Positions 1 through 11,941 of a DNA stretch of 64,000 nt are shown here, in pieces; the first letter of the stretch is position 1, and each line of letters begins with the position of its first letter. Source of the DNA: Podospora anserina (Eukaryota); assembly GCA_017654855.1 (NCBI GenBank), contig CM030335.1, positions 1,054,001 to 1,118,000 on the forward strand, given 5' to 3'. Position numbers and translations under genes: made by a program. Under the pieces are notes generated by a model. It was given only the letters and a program-made list of their open reading frames with translations, did not search any database and was not told the DNA's origin.

Positions 1-1387
1 TGGCAGAAGCCCGAGGCCAAACCGGCCCAAGTCACCATTGAATCGAAGGACCCCAACTACGTCCCACCAGGTGCCTACGGGATGCCTCAGCAACCACCAT
101 ACCCCCGGGAGCCGCTTCCGGGTCCGCCGTCCAAACGCGACTCGATTGCTTATAACCGCGTCCAGCCCACGCTCCGGATCACCCCCCCTCAGGGTCGCCC
201 ATTACAGTCTGACGACGATAGACTGACCGCATCGACACTTCCGAGCTCCGTGCTGAGCCCTGACAACAAGCTGTCTGCTCTTTCTTCTGCCTACACTTCA
301 TCAGCCTCAGCCATGTTTCCCACGCCCATCAGCGCCGTCACCAACTCGGCCCTGTCTGACCGGGCACCCAAGGAATACCAGAGGGTGCCGCCCCTGCATG
401 ACCTCACTAGGACCGACCCCGAGCAGCAGCAGCAGCAACAGCAGCAGCAACAGTCTCAGCAGTCGCAGCCTCCGCCATCTGCATCAGCACCTCCTCCGCC
501 GCCTCCCCCTCCTCCGCAAAGCACCACTGTTGCTCACCCTCCTTATAGTTTCCACACAGGCAGAACGGCCACCCCGCCCACAGCCCAGGCCGCCCCTCCA
601 GCCCCGCCGCCATCGTCGTCTGTGGGTGGCAGCAGCGGCGGGCCACAAGCCACCGCTCAGCTGGCCCTATCCCACACGCAATTTCCCTCTGACCGTCCCC
701 GTCGCGAAAAGGAAGAGATGCTCAACGGCCGACAATACTACCCTTTTGACAAGGAGCTCGTCCTCGAGCGCGAGCGCTGCAACGCGGCCTGCTGGCGCTT
801 CAACAACTCGACCAACCCCAACATTGGCGTCTCCCCAGCCGAGCGCGCCCGCCTGTTCAGAGACATTCTCCATCCTCGCGAAGGCGTGCACCTCTCGCCC
901 ACTCTCATGTCCCCCGTCACGCACACGGGTCGGGTGGGCGACAACACGGCTGTCGAGGCGCCCTTCAACTGCGACTATGGGTACAACATTCAGATTGGGA
1001 ACAATGTCTCGATTGGCAGAAACTGTCTGATCAACGACGTCTGCGAGGTCCGGATCGGGAGCAATGTCATTATCAGCCCGAATGTGTGTATTTACACGGG
1101 GACGTGCAGCACCGATCCGCGGAGGCGGGCGGGCAACAGCGGGACGCAGTATGGGAAGCCGGTGGTGATTGAGGATGACGTGTGGATTGCGGCGAATGTG
1201 GTTATTTTGCCTGGGGTGAGGATTGGGAGGGGGAGCACGGTGGGGGCGGGGAGTGTGGTTACTAGGGTGAGTTTTGTTTTCCAACATGAAAGACTGGGAT
1301 ATACTGACAGACGGACAGGACGTGGCGACGTATAGCATTTACATGGGGTTGAAGGCTGGGCATAGGAGGGGGATTGCTTTTGTCTGA
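1..1387 (+). CDS. Hexapeptide-repeat O-acetyltransferase (maltose/galactoside acetyltransferase, NodL-like) with long Pro/Gln-rich N-terminal part; 5' truncated by window edge
   Basis: Frame open from base 1; EKEEMLNG..Y Mac-like helix, [54 protein letters not shown] intron 1267-1318 restores ...VTR|DV..., stop TGA 1385-1387. Confidence 0.85.
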
Positions 1388-1664
1388 TTGAGCTGACCAT
1401 CCATCTCTTGTTTTTCTTTTTCTTTCTTTGACGCTCGCATCAACAACATCATTATTCATTGGAACAACAACTAACTGGGTGTTATCCTGTCTTTTTTTTC
1501 TTCTGTTTCTTTAAGCTTGTTGTAATCACCATGTCTTTTCATGATACCCAATATTTGATGTATTTTTTTTTCTGCCAATCATCTTGTAATGTATGCTAGG
1601 AGCCGAAAGTGTATCATGTTTCTTGTTGTTTCATGGGAGGAAAAGGGAGGGGAAGGAAGAGGGG

Positions 1665-1666
<2 letters not shown>

Positions 1667-1699
<33 letters not shown>
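1667..1699. repeat. (GT)n microsatellite
   Basis: About 16 perfect GT units. Confidence 0.95.
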
Positions 1700-1702
<3 letters not shown>

Positions 1703-4577
1703 ATAGCATCGGCTGGGCTGGTGGCTGTGTACGGGTATGATATGACAGGGGAAGGGGGTATCAGAAAGGGGGAGGGGCAGGGGAGAGGTTGAGGAAATAT
1801 AAGTTTATTGCTTAACGTCTGTGTATTTTGTTTGATGGTCCAATGTCTGTTGAATGCTCAAGTGTTTACCGTATGACATGCATGACTGACTGTATTGTAT
1901 TTTACAGCTGTAATCAACCATAGTATGCAGAGAAGAGGCACGGTTTGAGTCGAGGTCGTAATTTTAGATACCTTGCATGGTCTATCACGGGCTGATAGGG
2001 GAAGGCGGGGGGAAGGGGGGTTAATATGGCTTTTTATGTTGTTGGTTCTTTTGTTTGTCGGTTGTCTACTACTACCATCGAGCGAACTATATGGCGATCA
2101 AAAAGAGGGAGGTCACAGATTCGGGCTGGGCGATGTGGTGATGGGGAACTTGCTGTTGCAGGAGGAATAAGGGTCAGTAAATGGGTTAGTTGGTACATCC
2201 CGCGCAAGGTGAGATCTGGGTGTGTATGACAAGCTGCCCGATGGTTGGGCGGTGCCAACTGCGGATGAGCAAGGTTGGGTGTCCGGACGGAATGGGTGAT
2301 TGCTTGCATTTTCAGGAGAATACTGCTGTCTGCGTCTTGTAACGGAGGGGACCCGTCTTGAGGGTATGTATGAGTAAGGCCGTCTCTCGTTGTCTGCTGT
2401 CATGATTTCACCGATTTACACCGGCCGGAATGATATGCCCACCTTCGTATGTGTAATAAGATGTCCATTGCAGATCGTTGCCCATTTTCTTGTCCCAATT
2501 GCTGCGTTTTATGGTAGGTCTGCATTGTCCAACGACAAACCTCTAGAGGTCCACGATGTCTTGCATAAGTAGGTAAAAAATTAGAAAAAGAAATTAAATA
2601 AAATTGAAAAAAAGAAACCTGCCTTGCCCTTGCAGCAAATCCACTGAATATTTTCAGCTCATTCTTCCCTCGACCTACGGACCTAAAACACCCTCTCACC
2701 TCTTGCCTTTCTATGCATGCCGTATCACCATTCCATTCCCTCGTCTAGGTCCCACCTCCAAAGAAGACAAGCAGCCAAATGCCACCAAGCGGCGTAGCCC
2801 CCGCGGCCAGCAACAGTGACCGCGCTTGCCTCGTCACCTCCCCCGCTTTGTCTGTAAATTCACCAGTAAACTTTTCCGGTTGTGTGCTTTTACCTACCTT
2901 ATCTCGAAGATAGTCAGCTCTGTTTCGGGGGGTGTGATAAGTTATCTATGCGTCCAACCTTGCAGGTTCTGTTGTGCGTGTAACCTGGAACCATCAGGCC
3001 GAGATCCGGGACCACCACCCACCACCGCCGCCGCCGCCGTCATGATGAGGTCTGTTGGTGGGAACCCGGAATCTTGACGCTGTGCAACAACAGTTGCTGG
3101 TAATGGAGGGATGGGGTGCAAGACAAGCGACCAGCATAATATGGGCTGGCCGCCGGATGTGCTCGGTTCAGCTCGGACGGGAGGGAGGGCTCTGGGGTTG
3201 CGGTGTAACGCTTCGCGCTTGTGTTTTTTCTTCGCGTTTAGTGGTAGAGAAGAGGTCGGCTTTTAAGTTGGGGGGGGTGGGATACTGATAGTAAGGCATT
3301 GGGAGTTGGCGGTGGTCAATAGTGGCCGGGCCAGGAGGCCAAACCAAACAACACGCGGGATAATATGACGGGACTAGATGGCCGTCGCGGGGGGAATGTG
3401 ATTCACGTTATTATTTCGGTGTTGGACAGGCTCTATAATGTCATAGCAAACACAGTCAATGTTGTTCGAGAATGGATGTCGTTGTTACCGGTCCCATTGC
3501 AAAACGACGCCCACAGACAAGCTCCATTGTCAGAAAGAAACCAAGTTGTTTTGATCCACCTACCTAGGAAACACACAGCACCCCCTATTCAAGCAAAACC
3601 TCTTGAATTCATTGCAACTTGGGGGCCGGCTGAAATACCCGGCCCCCATTACCATCTCTCAGCTTTCAGCTTTCTACCAGCATTAGTTTAACATGGCAGT
3701 AATATCATGCTAAAGAACCCTCGCCGAGAAACAAGGCCGCCTCAACTCTGGCGGAGCTAACGCAAGTCACAGGGACGCAAGTCCGTCTGTCGTTGCCGTC
3801 GACCGTGCCGCCCCGGCACGGCACACCCGAGCGGCAGAGTGAGATTCGGACCGGGGGATCTTGTTATTTTTGAGGGTATTATATGAGGTCAATGTACAAG
3901 AACATTTGGGGGCGGGTTGGCGGGGAACTCTACCTCTGCGTGGGGGGAAAGAGGCGCGGTGATGGCCAGGTGAGGCCGGCGGATGATGCTCTTTGTCGGT
4001 TTGGGCCCGAGGAGAGTGGTCATTATTTAGGCGAGTTGATATTGGATCGGGTTATGGGAGGGGGGTGTCGGACTTTGGGAGTTTGTTTGTGGTGTATTTT
4101 GTTTCTCCTGGGGGTCGGTGACGAAGACAGAATGCTGTGGTGACGGTACGATGCGTCGAGCGACTGAAGGTTCTGAAGAGACAACCATGATGTATGAGTG
4201 AATAGTATATATCAAACTTCATACTTGGGTTCTCAGGCCAAATCTACAGAGTGCTGAATAACGGATGGCTCGTTGGTGCCTGGCTCAGTCTTCGTAAGTT
4301 GACCAACCGCGAGCCTGAGTATAAAGTGTTGGGCAATCTGGAGATAGAATGCTACGTTGACGCAGCTGCAGCGCACATAGTAGACCTTGCATTTTGTATC
4401 CCCATCGGAATATCGGATCCAACCACACAGTGCTACAAGGCCTTTACAGTGTAGACACACCACTGTAAGAGCCTCAACCCATAGAAAACGAACAGTCCTG
4501 GCATGGAAGTCCTTTGACCCTCCGATATGTCTATTAGTGATGCATCTATACCATGCGTTTGTGAAGGTATGCCATCA

Positions 4578-6323
4578 TCAACACCTAATCTCAACGCCCC
4601 CCTTGCTCACGGTCAAATACTTGACTCCCTTGTAAGGTTTCATGTGCTCCACCATCCCTCTACTCTTCCTCGGGTCAATAATGATGCTCTCAACCTTGAT
4701 ACCGCTCGGCAGCCACCCTTTGACAGCAAAACTAACCAAAGCCGAGCTCGGCATCAAAATCTTATTCTGCGCCTGTCTTTTCTCGTCCCGTTCCGCTTCC
4801 CAAGCCTTATCCACCCCTTTCTCCTTTGTAGTACTCGTGACCGCAATGTCTTGATACGGCTCGTCGTAGTTATAGCCCCCACCACCACCACCAAACCCAA
4901 ACCCAGTCGGATCACCCTCCTCCCCCTCCTCCGTCACCTGCTGTCCCACAACCGTACACCTTAACACAAAAGCAGACATGCCCTGCGCCAGCTCCTTGTT
5001 GCTAATCGTCCACTCCAGCACCCTCTCCCCAGGGTTATACGTCGCATCCCCTTTACTCGGCCTAATCTCCGGCACATTCCTCACATCCGCCGGCAACGGC
5101 ACGGTAATCACCAAATCATGCAGTGAAGGCGACGCCGGAGTCCCGGCATTCGGAATCCCAAACCCTCCTCCCGGCCCACTGCCACCCCCTGACCCTCTCC
5201 CCTGAAGCCCAGTCCTCGCACCCATCCCCCCTCCTTGCACGCTCCCGCTGCTCCCAAAAACCTTATTCAACTGCACCCTCACCTCAAAATCCGACCCCGT
5301 CAGCCCTAACCCCGTCTTCATCTCCAGACTAACCGGCAGTTTCAAATTCCCCGTAGGCGGCTTCCCGTCCACGTCAAAAGGCAGCAAATCAACCTCATAC
5401 CCCGCCAACGTAAACCTCCCATCTGGCGGGACAAAGCTCAACACGCCAGGTTGTTCCCTCCACTTTGCCAGTCTGACACACGGGTGAAAAACAGGCAAGT
5501 CAACGATCCCCTTCAGGTTATGCTTCCCCGACGGCCCGCTCAGCGTAACCACAATATCCGGCACGCCCGAAACCTTGGTCGTGAACGCTATCGTACCGTT
5601 GGCAAACGCCGCCAGCGGTCTCCCCGACGGCGCGAGCGTGACCGACAGCGTCTCCACCACATCGGCGTAGAGCTCATTGGAAGTGTGCCGGACATTTGCC
5701 CTCCTCCACGGCAGCGCGGGGGTGTTTTGTGATATCAGCGATGACGACGACGCAGCGCTGCTTCCCATACCTCCCCCCAAACCCCCGGCAAAGTTCTTCC
5801 CCGCAGATAGGTTCAACCCCCCCAGTAGCTTGTCCACCCACCCTTCCACCTCGACCATGTCCCTTAGTGCGTTTGGTTCGGTGGTGTTGACCGTTCCGGC
5901 ATCGCACATTTCTGTGAGGAGCTGGGCGACGACATCGTAGTTGCTTTCGATTTTGTGAGCCAGGAGTGGCGCGCCGAGGAATTCTTCAAAGGAGTCGACG
6001 ATGCGGTGCAGGAACTCGAGGACGAGGAGGGGTTCGACTTCGGAGGAGGTGGTGATGAGGAATAATAGATTGGCGTGGGCGAGGGAGAAGACCAGGGTCG
6101 GAGGGTTGGTCTGGGGGAGGTAGATCAAGTTCGGTCGTGGGGCGGGATGGGAGAGGTAGAAGGGGAGGAGGTAGGAGGGGGAGAGGGGACGGGAGGTGTA
6201 GGTGTGGGAGAGGATTGGGCTGCTTTGGAAAAAGGTGTCAGCAGAAGAAGTGTAATTTAAAGTTGGAGAGAAACCTTACTTGTGCTCGTCGTAGATGTGA
6301 AGCGCCTCGATGACCCCGTTCAT
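4578..6323 (-). CDS. APM3: AP-3 adaptor complex mu subunit
   Basis: Exon 1 MNGVIEALHIYDEH, intron 6279-6220; EVEPLLVLEFLHRIVD, NYDVVAQLLTEMCDAG, LPWRRANVRHTSNELYADVVE, FHPCV, SFVPPDGRF, KPYKGVKY. Confidence 0.92.
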
Positions 6324-6571
6324 GGTGGGCAGCTTGGTTAGTGTGTGGTTGAATGTGGTTCAGTTGGGGGGAAGCTGTTTGTTGGCGGGCACTGACGCAA
6401 TGAGCTGTGGGAGCTTGCAAGGGTCCTCGGTGTGCCAAACGCTTGGCGCGCGACAAGGCCGTTTTGACAAGTGGGTCTTGAATTTGATGTTCCTGAACGT
6501 CTCATCCTCGAGGTCTCTCACTCCGAGTCAAATAACACCCATAACTCACATCTACATAACATCTCACAGAC

Positions 6572-6930
6572 ATGGCTAAAGACGACATCCCACGCCTCTC
6601 CCATCTCAACAGGCCCGAGAAGCTTGAGGATCTGCTCAAGCAAGACAGAGATGATGACTGCCTTTCGTGCAGGATAGTGGGTATGTTTTCGCCTTCTGGT
6701 TCATCTCATGTCATCTCCATGGGCTTATGTTCTAATCCTGCATAACAGGCGGCGGTGCATTCTTGGGTCTTGCTGGTTACAGCTATCTCTCCGGTCAGCA
6801 ACAATTACAAGCACAAAAGGCTGCCATCTTGGCTTCAAAATCGAGATTTGGTATGCGCAGCAGGAGTGCCGCCATCACGGGTCTCTCGTTAGGATTGGCC
6901 TATCTGGGTCTGTATAGGCTGTTTAAATGA
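6572..6930 (+). CDS. Small membrane protein, DUF4536 / DMAC1 (TMEM261)-like; two exons, absent from ORF track
   Basis: ATG 6572, intron 6681-6748 (GTATGT..CTAAT..CAG); MAKDDIPRLSHLNRPEKLEDLLKQDRDDDCLSCRIVGGGAFLGLAGYSYLSG...GLSLGLAYLGLYRLFK*; DCxSCR motif followed by two hydrophobic segments. Confidence 0.75.
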
Positions 6931-7996
6931 GGAAAGGGAGGTGATGGAGGGACGAAGATGAGCAATCACCACTCAATTGGGAAGACACCAGCTGTCATCT
7001 GACTTGGGCATTTCAAGATCTATGTCTCTTCGAATCCAAAGGGACCAATGGAAAAGAACACCGCCGAGCCAAGTCAGGGAGCCAGAGGGAAGACAAGTCG
7101 TAGGAGGAGAGGGTGTAGAAAATAGCCTGTACCATAATGTGTATATCACCATCTATTGCATCCACACCACATCCTACATACATCGGGCTGAATGCAGTAC
7201 AGCAAGGCATAGAACAGCATGTCGAAAGCAGAAGAAGAATGTCAAAAGCTCACCAGCCAAACCCCAACACCTTCGCCATCCTCCCCTTCCCCCCATCCAT
7301 ATCCCTCATCTACATCGCCTTCTTCCTCCTCCGACACCACCTCTCCCTCAGCACCGAACTCACCCACTTCGTCATCTTCATGCTCGTCGGTCACTGGCTC
7401 AGCTGCCTCTTCATGCACATTCTCGGCGAGTTAGCCTCCAGGTTCGGACACAAGCTTGGACTTGCCATCATCTCCCTGATCATCAATCCACTCCGTCTTG
7501 TCGGTGGTTTCAAGTCACTTCCTGTGGCCATGCCTGTGTGGCTTGGTACTTTAAAAGAAACGGGGGATTACCGATGACTGCCAGGAATGGTTTGTTTGTG
7601 GGTACCCAACTCAGAAAATGGGCATAGATGGGGGGGAACGCCTGCTTGTGGGATAACGTCGTCCAAAACAGATTACAATTTTGTCCTGAGATAAAGATTT
7701 TGAGCTCTAAACACCACATGATTCGTGTCAATGCATATTCCAAAGCAACGTTCTGCATAACATACAGCAAACAGCCGCTCCCTCCATCATGTTTCTAAAC
7801 AAACGAGGGAGTCAAGGCCTTTTCAAAGAACCATATGTACAGTACAACCTCCACACACACGCACACAAGGACAAGACACTCTTTTTATGGGAGATGGAAA
7901 GTTTCCCATTCCAAAACTCCCACCAAACCTCCTCTTCTAATAAAGCCCCCAAGACTTTTCCCACCAACCCACCAACCCATAAACCCCACCCAAAAC

Positions 7997-8896
7997 TCAC
8001 TTCCGATACCACATCCTCGTAATCTTGGTATTCCGCATCTTCCTCTGCAGCTGAAAAATCCCATACATCAACGCCTCGCTCGTCGGCGGGCACCCCGGCA
8101 CATACACATCCACCGGCACAACCCTATCACACCCTCTCACAACACTATAACTATAGTGATAATACCCACCCCCATTCGCGCACGACCCCATGGAGATAAC
8201 CCAGCGCGGTTCAGGCATCTGATCATACACCTGCCGCAACGCCGGTGCCATCTTGTTGGTCAGCGTACCAGCCACAATCATGACGTCCGACTGGCGAGGC
8301 GAGGCGCGGAAAATGATACCGAGCCTGTCTTGGTCGTAGCGCGGGGTGGAGAGGTGCATCATCTCGACGGCGCAGCAGGCCAGACCAAAGGTCATGGGCC
8401 AGAGGGACGACTGCCGGCCCCAGTTGGTGATGATGTCGAGGGTGGTGCTGTTGAGCACATAGTTAGCAACGGGGGTGGGGAAAGGGGAAAGGGAGGGGAA
8501 AGGGGAAAGGGAGGGGAAAGGGGAAAGGGAGGGGAAAGGGGAAAGGGAGGGGGGGGGGAATGACGTACAGCGCGTATTGGACAAAGCCCTTGGTGCCCTC
8601 CTGGCTGGGAAGGGGAACCTCCTTTCGTTCGTGGAGCTTCGACAGCCCGTATCCACCGTGAGGCTGGACAGCGCCGGCGTCCTTGCGGGCCGACGACGAG
8701 ATGGCCGCCGCGGCGCGGAGGGGGACGAGCTGGGTCGTGGTAGGGCGTGCTGTTCAAGAGTAGCAACAATGATTAGCCCTGTCTTCCTTATCCCCCGTTC
8801 CTCTCCCAGCAACCACATTCCCCCCTCTGCCCAAAACATCCAGCTCAGCTTACCTCGCAGCGCCAGCGAGGCGCCTGTCCTCGCGGAGGCAAGCAT
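7997..8896 (-). CDS. nuo19.3: NADH:ubiquinone oxidoreductase PSST / 19.3-20 kDa Fe-S subunit (NDUFS7/NuoB)
   Basis: [53 protein letters not shown]; mitochondrial presequence MLASARTG; introns 8853-8750 and 8568-8448. Confidence 0.95.
   Translation of the reverse strand: MLASARTGASLALRGKLSWMFWAEGGMWLLGEERGIRKTGLIIVATLEQHALPRPSSSPSAPRRPSRRRPARTPALSSLTVDTGCRSSTNERRFPFPARRAPRALSNTRCTSFPPPSLSPFPSLSPFPSLSPFPSLSPFPTPVANYVLNSTTLDIITNWGRQSSLWPMTFGLACCAVEMMHLSTPRYDQDRLGIIFRASPRQSDVMIVAGTLTNKMAPALRQVYDQMPEPRWVISMGSCANGGGYYHYSYSVVRGCDRVVPVDVYVPGCPPTSEALMYGIFQLQRKMRNTKITRMWYRK
8477..8558. repeat. 18-bp purine minisatellite (GGGGAAAGGGGAAAGGGA)x4 plus G-run, inside PSST intron 2
   Basis: Direct reading of tandem units. 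Confidence 0.9.
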
Positions 8897-9625
8897 CTTG
8901 TCCGTGGTATAGGTTGTGGTAGGTGGTCTGGAATTCGTCGTCGGCGTTCCAAGCCTCAATTGCCGGGCCCCGAGCAGGCAAGTCGCACGAGGTAGCGGAG
9001 TGGTTGTTGAGTGGAGAGGTTCCGAAACGGCGAGCAACTTGGGGAGATTGGGAAAAAAAACCCCACGAACGAACTCGATCTCTATCAAAGGCTGGGAAAG
9101 TGGCGGTTCGACGTTGATATCCCCGAGCGCTTTTCGCCTTCTCTCTTTCGCCCGCCCGCCGTGCAGGGGCCAGGTTCTAAGCACAAACTGGGGGGTTTTG
9201 ATTGGTGGGGTCGCCTGAATGTGGGGTACAAAATGACCCGTCTTTCGCAACGCTCGGAATTTTCCGACCTGTTTTGAAGCTATGGCCAGCTTTGAGCTCT
9301 GATGGCGGTTCTAATTGGTGACGACATCACTTGATGTTGAATCTCCCATACGTTCCGATGAATCTCATCAAGAGTTACTTTGTGTACAGACACCAATTCT
9401 ATGAACAGAGGGAATTTGGGGGACTTTTGACATGATTATCTCCATCAGCAAGGAGGATCTCTACCCACAAGACCAAGTAAAGACATCTATGCATTGCTGA
9501 CATGGAAATGCAAACCAATGGGAGGTCGACCTCCAATCCAACATCTCAAGCCTCGACGATAAATACAACAGATGCTAACAATGAAACCCAAACAACACGC
9601 GCACCACATTATCAATGTCGGCCCA

Positions 9626-11941
9626 TCACAACTTGAAGGCACCGCTGGTATGAGGTCCCTTGTGCTCCACAATCTTCTTCCCATCCAACCCAACAACCTC
9701 ACCCTTTCTATTGATCACCTTGACACCGCCCTTCTTGAGATCGTTCATCGTCTCCCGTTGGGCCTCGTCCTTCTTGTTGACAGGCTTGTTGGCATCAAGG
9801 CCACCGGCCTTGCGGATGCGCTCCTTCTCACGTCTACGTCTCCTGGCCTTCTCCTCGCGGCTCATTTCCTGCTTGGCCACTGGCAAGCCGCTCTTGGCCA
9901 CAACCTCGCCCTTCTCAGCCGAATCCTTGCCTGGCGCGTAGACCTCCTGGGGCGCAATCATGCTCTCGCCGCCGGCAACACCCTGGGCAGTGGTGGGTTG
10001 AGCATCCTCCATGGCCACCGTAGCGACATCGGCCACGACGGTAAGAGTGGGAGCCACAGGCTTGGGCTTGTAGTGCCAGCTGCTGAGAGCGTCAAGCCGG
10101 GCGCTGACGTCCTTCCACATCTGCTTGATCTCCTCCTCGTCCTTCCGCGTCTTGTCGTCAGCCGCGCTGACGTAGGCGTCAGGGTTGGACTCCTTAATGT
10201 GCTGCTCCTCGTATATCTCGGCCAAACTTTGCTTGCCCTTGGTGTCCTCGATATCCACCAGGCCGCGGCGGGCCGAGTTCGGGTTGCCAAAGTCATCGGG
10301 ACGGCGGCGAAGAACTTCGTCGAATTCGTTTGCGAGAATGCGTCGCTTGATGAGTTCCTCGATAGACTCGGAGACGTCCTCCGTCATGACTGGTACCGGC
10401 TTGCCGGCATGCTCAAAGTCAAGATCCTCCTCGAGTAGCGAGTTAATGGGACGAGCCTGCGCAGTGGCCTCACCGGATAAGGTCCAAGCCCGCTTGGCCA
10501 CCAATTCAGATTCGAGTTTGCGAATTTCATCCGCAATCTTGGCCCGTCTGCGCTCATGGGCGGAGCGACGGGATTTGGGATTTCCGGCCGAGGCATCAGA
10601 CAGAGCGTCTTCCTCGGCGGAAAACTCGGACAGATCATCAAAGAGATCACGCTTGACATCGTTCTCGGCTCTTTCCATATCCTCCTCGGTCGGCTGGAAC
10701 GGCTTCTTGGGCATGTATGGTTTTCTCTGATTGCCCGTCTTCTTCTTTGCTGGTGGCGCGAAGAAGTCCTTGTAGTAGATGTCGTTGGCGGTAAGGTCCA
10801 TGTCCATATCGTCAGCACCGGCAGGCTGGTCATCATCACCCTCGTCATCCTCGCTGTCGCTGAACTTGGCCAAATCTGCGAGCTCCTTCTTGCTCAATGC
10901 TGGTCCCTCGTCGTCCTCGTCATCATCCATATCCATGTCGTCCATGTCCATGTCCGAATCCTCATCCTTGGCCCCCTTCTTGCCAAATTTGTTGACTGCG
11001 AACGGGTCTCCGTGCCAATCGACAGCCTCCTCGTCGCTGGCGTAATCTGTATTTGGATCTGCGCGAGCATCCTGGTCCTCGAACCATTGGGTTTGCTTGT
11101 TGAACTCGTCTATTGAGAAGAAGCCGTCGTTGAGTCCGTTGGGGTCCTCAACGAAGTCGGCGGCTTCAGCTTCAGAGTCTTCTTCATCCTCATCATCTTC
11201 TCCGTCCTCTTCAAACTCGGCCCCTTCCTCTTCTTCACCCATCTCCTCGTCCTCCTCATCTTCGTCATCATCTTCATCTTCGTCGTCATCTTCGTCGTCA
11301 TCCTCGGCTTCCAAATCGAACATGCTCTCGCCTTCTTCGCCGATACTGGATGTCTCCTCGTCAGAGTCCTCAGTATCGGCCTCACTGCCCTCGTCAACAT
11401 CGGAAGATGCGCTCGCGTCATCCTCATCGTCCGATCCAACTTCAAACCCATCCTTGCCAAACTCCAGGGCCTTGGCCCCAGCGCCTTCTTGCTCGATTTC
11501 GTTGTTCTCCTCGAGTTCTTCCAGGACCGATGTCGACTCCTGAAGCGCGCTGCTGATGATCTTCTTTGCCTGCTGCCATACTTGATCTGTTTCGAAGCCG
11601 TCGATGTGCAGTTTTCTGATTTTTAGAATGGCGCTCTGACCGTAGCTGCCGTCTCTCTTGCGCTTCTTGCCAGCCTCGCGGAGCCTCTGCTGCTGTTGAT
11701 CGCTGACCGGGCCAGCCAGAGAGTCGAGCGTCTCTTTTGCCAATTGCAGCGAGCCGTTTGGGAGCAGAGGTGGGGGCTGCAGGAAAACATGGCGGTTTGC
11801 CGGGGCAGTCGAGTCGAGGAAGAGGGCGATGGCCGAGCTGGGCCCGAGGGCGGCTACACCGTTTTGCGACATGGCGGGAAGATTGGTGAGGGTGTGGGAG
11901 GTGGAGGTGAGGTCCGAGTTGCTGCCTGTCGACCCTGCCAT
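9626..11941 (-). CDS. MPP10: U3 snoRNP protein Mpp10
   Basis: GFETDQVWQQ, long acidic tract, LNDGFFSIDEFN, WTLSGEATAQARPINSLLEEDLDFEH, IKRRILANEFDEV, LDALSSWHYKPKP, APQEVY; first ATG in frame 11941. Confidence 0.93.
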   Translation of the reverse strand: MAGSTGSNSDLTSTSHTLTNLPAMSQNGVAALGPSSAIALFLDSTAPANRHVFLQPPPLLPNGSLQLAKETLDSLAGPVSDQQQQRLREAGKKRKRDGSYGQSAILKIRKLHIDGFETDQVWQQAKKIISSALQESTSVLEELEENNEIEQEGAGAKALEFGKDGFEVGSDDEDDASASSDVDEGSEADTEDSDEETSSIGEEGESMFDLEAEDDDEDDDEDEDDDEDEEDEEMGEEEEGAEFEEDGEDDEDEEDSEAEAADFVEDPNGLNDGFFSIDEFNKQTQWFEDQDARADPNTDYASDEEAVDWHGDPFAVNKFGKKGAKDEDSDMDMDDMDMDDDEDDEGPALSKKELADLAKFSDSEDDEGDDDQPAGADDMDMDLTANDIYYKDFFAPPAKKKTGNQRKPYMPKKPFQPTEEDMERAENDVKRDLFDDLSEFSAEEDALSDASAGNPKSRRSAHERRRAKIADEIRKLESELVAKRAWTLSGEATAQARPINSLLEEDLDFEHAGKPVPVMTEDVSESIEELIKRRILANEFDEVLRRRPDDFGNPNSARRGLVDIEDTKGKQSLAEIYEEQHIKESNPDAYVSAADDKTRKDEEEIKQMWKDVSARLDALSSWHYKPKPVAPTLTVVADVATVAMEDAQPTTAQGVAGGESMIAPQEVYAPGKDSAEKGEVVAKSGLPVAKQEMSREEKARRRRREKERIRKAGGLDANKPVNKKDEAQRETMNDLKKGGVKVINRKGEVVGLDGKKIVEHKGPHTSGAFKL

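Noticed and set aside
7137-7577. Hydrophobic 146-aa ORF, with an acidic reading on the opposite strand
   Set aside because: No recognisable family, no convincing start, minus-strand reading broken by a stop.
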